Shown piece by piece: positions 49,597-57,290 of a stretch of DNA of 57,290 bases. This DNA is from Vulcanisaeta sp. AZ3 (GTDB lineage: Archaea > Thermoproteota > Thermoprotei > Thermoproteales > Thermocladiaceae). Each line of letters opens with the position of its first letter. The stretch's first letter is position 1. The stretch covers positions 1 to 57,290 of the forward strand of contig JZWU02000007.1 of the NCBI GenBank assembly GCA_000960865.2. Direction: 5' to 3'. The notes below the pieces were generated by a model that saw only the letters and a program-made list of their open reading frames with translations, ran no database searches and had not been told where the DNA came from. The translations under genes and the position numbers were made by a program.

Positions 49597-50888
49597 ATAA
49601 ATCTCCTTATGAAGTCATTAAGCCTCTCTGATATCGACAGTGCTCTATCTACAAATTTCTCATAATCTCTATCCCTATCGTAAATGACCCTCCCATTCGC
49701 AATCACCATCTTAACGTTATTCCCAACTGCTGAGTAAACTAGCGCTGAGACTAGATTATCATCCCTCAACGGTTGCAAGTTTGGTGCTTTGGCGTCGATT
49801 AGTACGAGATCTGCAATACAACCTGGAGATGCACATCCACCCTTGATGTTAAGTAGCTTATAGCCATTTATAGTGGCAGCCTTTAAGGCGTGAATTGCCT
49901 TTATGCTAACATCCCAATAACTATGTCTCTGTAACAATACTGCATTTTTCATTTCTCTAAACATATCTAATGAATTATTACTGCCAGGCCCGTCAGTGCC
50001 CAGAGTCACAATAATTCCCATATCCATTATTTCCCTCATTGGGAAGTGACCGGCGGTGGCCATCTTCATGTTTGATGTAGGTGCGTGAGTCACGATAGAA
50101 CCAGCCCTGGCTATCTTACCCAATTCCCAATTAGTAACCCAGCCGAGATGAACTAATTGAGTTCTTGGTGTTAGTAAGCCAAGACCATCTAAGTAGTCGA
50201 TGGGGAACATGTTCCACTTAGACCAAGTACTATAAACTTCATCTCTTGTTTCGGATATATGGATTTGTATGTTAGTATTTAATTCACGGCTTAAATTCCT
50301 AGCCCTTTCCAGGGTATCCTTACTGCATGTGTATACGCTATGTATATTAATGATTGTTTTAATTAATGGATTATTGCTATACATGGCTGTGAAATTCCGG
50401 AGATCGTTCTCTACTCTGGTCGGATTGAACATTGTGTCCATAAAAACGGGTCCTAATGCCATCCTAATGCCATACTTAATTGCCACCTCAGCCGTAGCCT
50501 CAGGATACATATACATGTCTACCAATGCCGTGCTTCCGCTCATAATAGACTCTATTATTGATAATTCACTACCAAGGGATATTATTTCTGGCGTTAGTTC
50601 TCTCTCAACACTCCACATCTTATTTAACCAATCCATCAATTCTGCATCATCGTAAAAACCCCTCATTAGAGACATTGGAGTGTGAGTGTGAGCATTAACA
50701 AGGCCTGGCATTAATATTGAACTACTACAATCAATCTCCTCATAATCTCCCCAGGGTTTCACCCCAATATTCTCAATGACTCCATCCTTAATTAAAACAT
50801 CAATATTCCTCAGAACCCTTAATTCATCCCCAGTCCAATCTATTGCAAACTTACAATTCCGTAGAAGTAACGTTGCCATTATAATCAC
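49593..50888 (-). CDS. Amidohydrolase, MTA/SAH deaminase-like
   Basis: PGLVNAHTH, HISET and LGTDG motifs. Confidence 0.88.
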   Translation of the reverse strand: MIIMATLLLRNCKFAIDWTGDELRVLRNIDVLIKDGVIENIGVKPWGDYEEIDCSSSILMPGLVNAHTHTPMSLMRGFYDDAELMDWLNKMWSVERELTPEIISLGSELSIIESIMSGSTALVDMYMYPEATAEVAIKYGIRMALGPVFMDTMFNPTRVENDLRNFTAMYSNNPLIKTIINIHSVYTCSKDTLERARNLSRELNTNIQIHISETRDEVYSTWSKWNMFPIDYLDGLGLLTPRTQLVHLGWVTNWELGKIARAGSIVTHAPTSNMKMATAGHFPMREIMDMGIIVTLGTDGPGSNNSLDMFREMKNAVLLQRHSYWDVSIKAIHALKAATINGYKLLNIKGGCASPGCIADLVLIDAKAPNLQPLRDDNLVSALVYSAVGNNVKMVIANGRVIYDRDRDYEKFVDRALSISERLNDFIRRFI

Positions 50889-50904
50889 CAGAACGAGATA
50901 TTAA

Positions 50905-51606
50905 TTAACCTATCGCGTTAGGCTTGGGCACTAATTGGGCGCTTTTTATTACGTAAATCCACTCATGAGGACCTTGCCTAACCACCTCGCCGTCGGTAAC
51001 CTCAACCCTATACTTAAATAGAGGCGCATCTAACACAAATGTCTCACCCTCACCACCCTCAAGGGCTGGGTTAAAGCCATACTTATTGGCAAGCCTTATT
51101 AATTCCTCAATGTCATCCTCATCAAGCACGTGCCCAAGCATGCTTGGCGGTATCCCGTAGACACTTATTGACGTTAACATAAACCTAAATCCATACCTAT
51201 AGACCTCCCTTAAGTACCTAACCTGGTCTTTACGCCATAACGGTGAATAAACCCTTAGGCCCAATTCTCGAGCCACGATGTTAATTCTCATTCTTTGGTA
51301 ATCTGACAGTAAAGCACCAGTGACAATACCAATAATGCCATACTCATTCTTAATATAGTTAAGGGCATTCCTCAAATCCATCAACTCCAAATCCCTCTCA
51401 CCATTGGTCTCCCATAAAACCCTAGGGATGCCCATAGACCTAGCTTGGTACTCTGTAAAACCAATATTAGGATAATGAAACATCCACGAGTCACTCCTCC
51501 TAGGCCTTAATGTAAGTAAGCAGGGAACCTCAAAACCCTTAAGTACAGCCCAGTGTAATGCGTAGGTGCTATCCTTACCGCCAGAGTAAAGGGCACAGAT
51601 CCTCAC
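50905..51606 (-). CDS. dph6: Diphthine--ammonia ligase
   Basis: SGGKDS, SDYQ, PLW and GEGETFV motifs. Confidence 0.9.
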   Translation of the reverse strand: MRICALYSGGKDSTYALHWAVLKGFEVPCLLTLRPRRSDSWMFHYPNIGFTEYQARSMGIPRVLWETNGERDLELMDLRNALNYIKNEYGIIGIVTGALLSDYQRMRINIVARELGLRVYSPLWRKDQVRYLREVYRYGFRFMLTSISVYGIPPSMLGHVLDEDDIEELIRLANKYGFNPALEGGEGETFVLDAPLFKYRVEVTDGEVVRQGPHEWIYVIKSAQLVPKPNAIG

Positions 51607-51708
51607 GGATCTTAATACGTGATAATGTAATAATACTCTTTTGCTTTAATGCTCTCCAATAGAGAACTGAAGCATAGTAAGGTTTATAATTAGAAACCTC
51701 ACTCCGAA

Positions 51709-51960
51709 GTGAGTATGTCGTCAAATGAGGGAGAGGCATGGGAATTTCCTGAAGATTGGGAGTACAGCGGTGGTGTTCCTGAGAAGTTACTGAAGGTTAG
51801 GGCTAAGTGCCCATACTGCGGTCATACCTTCGAGGTTGAGATGGGCGAGTCTTGGTATAACATGGGTATATCAGTAGCATGCCCTAAGTGTGGCAAGCAA
51901 TTTTCAATAAGCATGTATGGAGAGATTGTAGGTGAGGTTAAAAAGACAGCTAAGGAATGA
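51709..51960 (+). CDS. Small Zn-ribbon protein
   Basis: CPYC...CPKC. Confidence 0.75.
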   Translation: MSMSSNEGEAWEFPEDWEYSGGVPEKLLKVRAKCPYCGHTFEVEMGESWYNMGISVACPKCGKQFSISMYGEIVGEVKKTAKE

Positions 51961-51985
51961 GTAGTTAAACACAATCAATATTATT

Positions 51986-52414
51986 ATGAATAGTAATCAC
52001 TGTATTAGGGAACTAATGAACCTAATGATGAGCACATACTCAATAATAGTGGTCGAACATTACATGATCCTAATGATGCTTGAGGAAGCATCTAAGGGCG
52101 CAAACTTACAAGATCAATTGATTAATGTATTAAGAGATCATCTTGATAAGGAGATAAGAGTTATGAAAAATATAGACGAGCTAAGGCAATGCTTAGATAA
52201 TGATACGATAATTTTGATTGAGGACTTTCTAAGTAATGTTACTGAAGGATCCTCACTTACCAATGATCCTGAATTCCTAAGCAATTATATACATGATTTC
52301 ACGGGAACATTAAAGCCCCTAATTAGATATATGCTTACCCATGAGGAGTTATTTTGGAAATTTATTAATAGGCTACGGGAAGTAATTTCTAGCAAAATGA
52401 GATTTTATATTTGA
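51986..52414 (+). CDS. Hypothetical helical protein, possibly hemerythrin-like
   Basis: EH, HLDKE and HEE spacing reminiscent of the HHE domain. Confidence 0.55.
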   Translation: MNSNHCIRELMNLMMSTYSIIVVEHYMILMMLEEASKGANLQDQLINVLRDHLDKEIRVMKNIDELRQCLDNDTIILIEDFLSNVTEGSSLTNDPEFLSNYIHDFTGTLKPLIRYMLTHEELFWKFINRLREVISSKMRFYI

Positions 52415-52422
52415 TTGAATAG

Positions 52423-53352
52423 TCATGATAAGAGTTGCGGAGGAACTTGCGTTAGGTTTCTCTTTATTGCCTCTACGCTATCTAGGAACTTCTTTCTTTG
52501 CTCGTCATTAAGCTTTAACTCAATTATCTTCTCAACACCATTCTTACCTAATACAACAGGTACCTCAGCGAAGACACCCCTAACGCCATACTCACCATCT
52601 AAGTATACGGATGCTTCAAATATTCTCTTTCTATCCTTCTTTATTGAGTCAACCATTACTGCGAGACCTGCAGCGGGGCCCCAATTACTACTGAACCCCC
52701 TTAGATTTGTTATCTCAGCTCCTGCCTGAACTGTCTTCTTAACAATGTCGTTGTATTGCTCCGTCGTTATTAACTCACTGAGTGGTTTACCATAAACGAA
52801 GGAAGCCTCTGGGACTGGGTACATGTTTTCACCATGCTGACCAAGAACGACTGGTATTATTGACTCAGGAGCTATACCTATGAGTTGAGATGCATAGTAC
52901 GCCATTCTGTTAGAATCGAGGACACCACTAAATCCTATGACTCTATTCCTCGGGAACCCAAGCTTCTTATAAAGTACATATACCATAGCATCCAGTGGAT
53001 TTGTCGTTATTATTACTATTGAGTTAGGAGCATACTTCTTTATTTGCTCAGCTACCGAGGCTATAATCTCTGCATTTTTAGCTGCTAGCTCCTCTCTGGT
53101 CATCCCAGGCTTTCTGGCAAGTCCTGCAGTGACTATTATAAGGTCGCTACCCTCCATATCTTTATAATCATTGCTACCCTTAAATCTAACGGGCTTACCC
53201 AATATAGCTGCTGCATGATTTAGATCTAGGGCCTCTCCTTGAGGGAGGTTCTTTATGACATCTATGAGCGTGATTTCATTATCTGCTTCGAAGAATAACA
53301 GGGCATATGCTGTGGTTGCACCCACACGACCGCTGCCTATTATTGTGATCAT
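52423..53352 (-). CDS. mdh: Malate dehydrogenase (LDH-like)
   Basis: GSGRVG, RKPGMTR, TNPLD and GQHG motifs. Confidence 0.93.
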   Translation of the reverse strand: MITIIGSGRVGATTAYALLFFEADNEITLIDVIKNLPQGEALDLNHAAAILGKPVRFKGSNDYKDMEGSDLIIVTAGLARKPGMTREELAAKNAEIIASVAEQIKKYAPNSIVIITTNPLDAMVYVLYKKLGFPRNRVIGFSGVLDSNRMAYYASQLIGIAPESIIPVVLGQHGENMYPVPEASFVYGKPLSELITTEQYNDIVKKTVQAGAEITNLRGFSSNWGPAAGLAVMVDSIKKDRKRIFEASVYLDGEYGVRGVFAEVPVVLGKNGVEKIIELKLNDEQRKKFLDSVEAIKRNLTQVPPQLLS

Positions 53353-53488
53353 ACCCCTCGCCGCAGATCTATTTGATTACATACTTATAACTTTAACCTA
53401 CCCTAATTTTCAATTAGATAATACCATGTTATTAATTGTCATGGGTTACCCTATGAAAATAGGGTACCGAAACAGGTCTTGATTTCCA

Positions 53489-54581
<1,093 letters not shown>

Positions 54582-54619
54582 TCACCCTCAATCCCTTATA
54601 AGTCAATCCTCAATAATAC

Positions 54620-54677
54620 TCATCAGCAACTCATACATTGTCTTCTAATCAAGGGCATGAGGAATAATCATCATAAG
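54620..54677 (-). ncRNA. Candidate C/D-box sRNA
   Basis: ATGATGA (54674-54668) ... TTGA / TAGAAGA (degenerate D'/C') ... CTGA (54626-54623); 52 nt span. Confidence 0.5.
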
Positions 54678-54726
54678 CCTAGATAGACTTATAAATATGC
54701 ATTCGTGACACTGCTGGTGATTAATC

Positions 54727-55179
54727 ATGTCAGTGTCTAATGAGGAGACTGCAAATAATGAAACCGTGGAGGAGAATGAAGAACCAATATTTAAGACAAA
54801 TCTACCACCTGATAAGGTAAAGGAGCTTGTTGAGACGCTGCGGAATGTTTATGACCCTGAAATACCAATAAATGTGTATGATCTTGGATTAATATATGAA
54901 ATAACAATGAATGAGGATAAGACTGTAAACGTTAAGATGACATTAACGGCAGTTGGATGCCCGCTATCGGAGAATCTTGGTTATCAAGTCGGTGCTGCAA
55001 TACAGCAAGTATTGCCTGATGCTAAAGATATAAATATTGATGTTGTCTTTGATCCACCCTGGACACCATTAAAAATGACTAAGTTAGGTCGTGAAATGTT
55101 TAAGGCAATTTATGGTTATGATATAGTGGAACAATGGTCAAAGACACAGGGTGAACAAGTATATAATCAGGATCAGTAA
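54727..55179 (+). CDS. Metal-sulfur cluster assembly factor (DUF59/SufT/PaaD)
   Basis: VYDPEIPINVYDLGLIY, MTLTAVGCP and FDPPWT motifs. Confidence 0.93.
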   Translation: MSVSNEETANNETVEENEEPIFKTNLPPDKVKELVETLRNVYDPEIPINVYDLGLIYEITMNEDKTVNVKMTLTAVGCPLSENLGYQVGAAIQQVLPDAKDINIDVVFDPPWTPLKMTKLGREMFKAIYGYDIVEQWSKTQGEQVYNQDQ

Positions 55180-55287
55180 TAAATAAATCATCGTTTTCAC
55201 TAAATGCATTTTATGGTTTAGTGATCTCTATTGTTGGAAATAAAAAAAGAAGTTAAGAATTAAAAGGGTTTATTTGAAATCAAAAAT

Positions 55288-55698
55288 GTGATCCTAACAT
55301 CTGAAAACATCTCGCAGATAGGAACATTGACTGACAAAGTTAAGTCAGTACTTAACGAGATAATAAAATCCAGTGATTTGATTAAGTTTGTTGCTTTGAC
55401 AACAATGGATGGATTTACAATCTCATCAGTATCTAAAGATGGCATTGATGTAGATCCTAAATGGCTAGGTGCACTTATCGTGGCGTCTATAAGGAATCTC
55501 GAGAATAACCTAAGAAAGGCTCTCAGTGATACAACCCTCACTGAACTTGTGATATCCTTGGATCAAGACATCCTAGTAATAAGAACCATGGGCAAATTAT
55601 CATTAATAATGATTGCAGATAAGACTCTGGATATTGATTTTGTAATGTATGAAATTGAAGAAGGATTACGTGAATTATCTGCACTTTTATTGATGTAA
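55288..55698 (+). CDS. Roadblock/LC7 domain protein
   Basis: VALTTMDGFTI motif and alpha/beta pattern; 136 aa. Confidence 0.7.
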   Translation: MILTSENISQIGTLTDKVKSVLNEIIKSSDLIKFVALTTMDGFTISSVSKDGIDVDPKWLGALIVASIRNLENNLRKALSDTTLTELVISLDQDILVIRTMGKLSLIMIADKTLDIDFVMYEIEEGLRELSALLLM

Positions 55699-55706
55699 TT
55701 CGTTTT

Positions 55707-56165
55707 TTACTCAGCGTTTTCCTCAGTGGCTATGCTATTTAGTGACTCCACTAATGCCGTCGATGTTAGACTCTCGATAAGTTGTCTTGACTTCTCGTAG
55801 TATGCATTTATTAGTTGCAACAACTTTTGTTTTACATAATTGATAGGTTTCGTGTAGTACACGTAGGTGTAGCCTCCATTCTTTGCAAGCACGGGCCTCC
55901 TGGCCACTAGACCTAACTGCACGAGCTTGATTAGAGATCTCTCAATTGTGCTTCTGGACTTGTTCATTTCCTTTGCTATCTCTGCAACGGTTAGTGGATC
56001 TTTAACCTTGCTTTGTAGTAGGTAATAGATCTCAACCTCTGTTGGTGATAATCTAAGTATACACCTGAGAATGTACTTAATATCGACATCCTCAAGAATC
56101 TCTTCGGTGCTTCTTTCCTTAATTGTTACGAGAGACACCACGTGAATCGCCAACATCAGTGTCAC
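55707..56165 (-). CDS. TrmB-like HTH transcriptional regulator (start uncertain)
   Basis: LTVAEIAKEMNKSRSTIERSL and GGYTYVY motifs. Confidence 0.85.
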   Translation of the reverse strand: MTLMLAIHVVSLVTIKERSTEEILEDVDIKYILRCILRLSPTEVEIYYLLQSKVKDPLTVAEIAKEMNKSRSTIERSLIKLVQLGLVARRPVLAKNGGYTYVYYTKPINYVKQKLLQLINAYYEKSRQLIESLTSTALVESLNSIATEENAE

Positions 56166-56256
56166 ATAGCGTATATTTAAACCTTTCCTTCCAAAATTTC
56201 CATAAAGTATCCATTTATATTAAAGATTATTTATAATAACTATAATAACATAAGCT

Positions 56257-57237
56257 CTATAGCTCTACAGTTAGCCCAATACCATTATTTTCAGCAACTC
56301 TATGAATATACAATGCAGCAGCGATATCCTCAGCAGCAATACCTACTGACTTAAATACTGTAATATCATCAGCACTAGTCCTGCCTTGCCTTAATCCAGC
56401 TACTATCTCTCCGATCTCTATCAAATTATTTTCAGAGAGTATACCGTTCCTTATTGGAATTATTATGTCACCTGTTTCGTTAGTTACAGCCTCACGAGAA
56501 TCAACAGCTATTACCCTGGCATTACGTATAACATCATCATCCAACTCCCTAGAACCTCTCTCCGGCGCTCCAACGGATATTACATGAATTCCCTTACCTA
56601 GCCAAGAACCATGAATGACTGGTTCCTTGCTCGTGGTTAATGCAATCATGACATCCACATTTTTAACAGTATCAGCACCAGAATCAACAACCACAGAATC
56701 CACACCCCTATTATTAATTAACTTAGCAAGCTCAAGGGCCCTCTCCTTAGTTCTTGAATAAATAACAAACCTCCTTATGTTGAATATCCTCGTCAGTAAT
56801 AATGCATGATACTTAGCTTGAAAGCCGGCACCAATCAGCGCAATATTATTCACATCCTTAGCCATGTACTTAATTGAGACGGCACTTGCCGCAGCGGTTC
56901 TCCAAGCAGTGAGTGAAGTACCGTTGATCACAGCTAGGGGAGGTCCTGTCAAGTCGTCAAAGAGGACAATAATACCTTGCGTTGTGGGTAAGTCCCGTGA
57001 CTTATTACTTTCAATTACATTAACAATCTTCACAGAAACACCAACGCCACGTGCCCCGCATGGCATTACGCCCCACCAATCATTATTAATGTACATAACA
57101 ACTCTCTGAGGCATCACAAACCTACCCATGCTATAATCCCTAAAGGCCAATGCAACTGCATCAACTAGACCCATTGCATTTTCACGAGAGTCCAATAACC
57201 TATCAATATCATCACCGCTCACAATTCTTAACTTCAT
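56257..57237 (-). CDS. Ornithine cyclodeaminase / alanine dehydrogenase (mu-crystallin) family
   Basis: LTAWRTAAASA, GAGFQA and FKSVGIAAED motifs. Confidence 0.9.
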   Translation of the reverse strand: MKLRIVSGDDIDRLLDSRENAMGLVDAVALAFRDYSMGRFVMPQRVVMYINNDWWGVMPCGARGVGVSVKIVNVIESNKSRDLPTTQGIIVLFDDLTGPPLAVINGTSLTAWRTAAASAVSIKYMAKDVNNIALIGAGFQAKYHALLLTRIFNIRRFVIYSRTKERALELAKLINNRGVDSVVVDSGADTVKNVDVMIALTTSKEPVIHGSWLGKGIHVISVGAPERGSRELDDDVIRNARVIAVDSREAVTNETGDIIIPIRNGILSENNLIEIGEIVAGLRQGRTSADDITVFKSVGIAAEDIAAALYIHRVAENNGIGLTVEL

Positions 57238-57290
57238 GCTGCATCTATATCCTTCTGATGGATTTTATAAGCATTATTATCTATAGACAT

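Noticed and set aside
53440-53480. Stem followed by GAAAC resembling a hammerhead ribozyme
   Set aside because: No CUGANGA core precedes the stem.

Overview
Archaeal chromosomal segment, most likely Thermoproteales and Vulcanisaeta-like. This is inferred from the fba-pfp operon, TrpB2, GHMP-type AroK, scattered A-ATPase genes, the tRNA intron and leaderless genes. The flanks hold housekeeping and metabolic genes: acyl-CoA synthetases, lipid synthesis, rps3/rpl29/rnp1, atpE/A/F, cysS, GH15, hemC, dph6, mdh and sua5. The centre (about 20.9-42 kb, between tRNA-Gly and tRNA-Pro) is a shikimate, Tyr and Trp biosynthesis supercluster that also carries transketolase, a decayed PEP synthase and pseudogene debris. 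The main unexplained signal is that three transcription units of this cluster begin, at the position expected for a leaderless start codon, with tiny unannotated uORFs whose aromatic codons match the pathway they precede. They are MEYQYC* (chorismate mutase/prephenate dehydrogenase operon), MEYRNFQW* (tkt-aroA) and MELQWT* (trpA operon). In the last two an identical TCCAATGG places the Trp codon over the AUG of the downstream gene. This suggests a ribosome-based amino-acid-sensing switch in an archaeon, which is an untested inference. Also found: two candidate C/D-box sRNAs, a tRNA-Gly(CCC) with C33, an intron-containing tRNA-Pro(GGG), a probably inactive adenylate-forming enzyme, and three homopolymer frameshifts that look like sequencing errors. 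No CRISPR array, integrase or transposase was seen.
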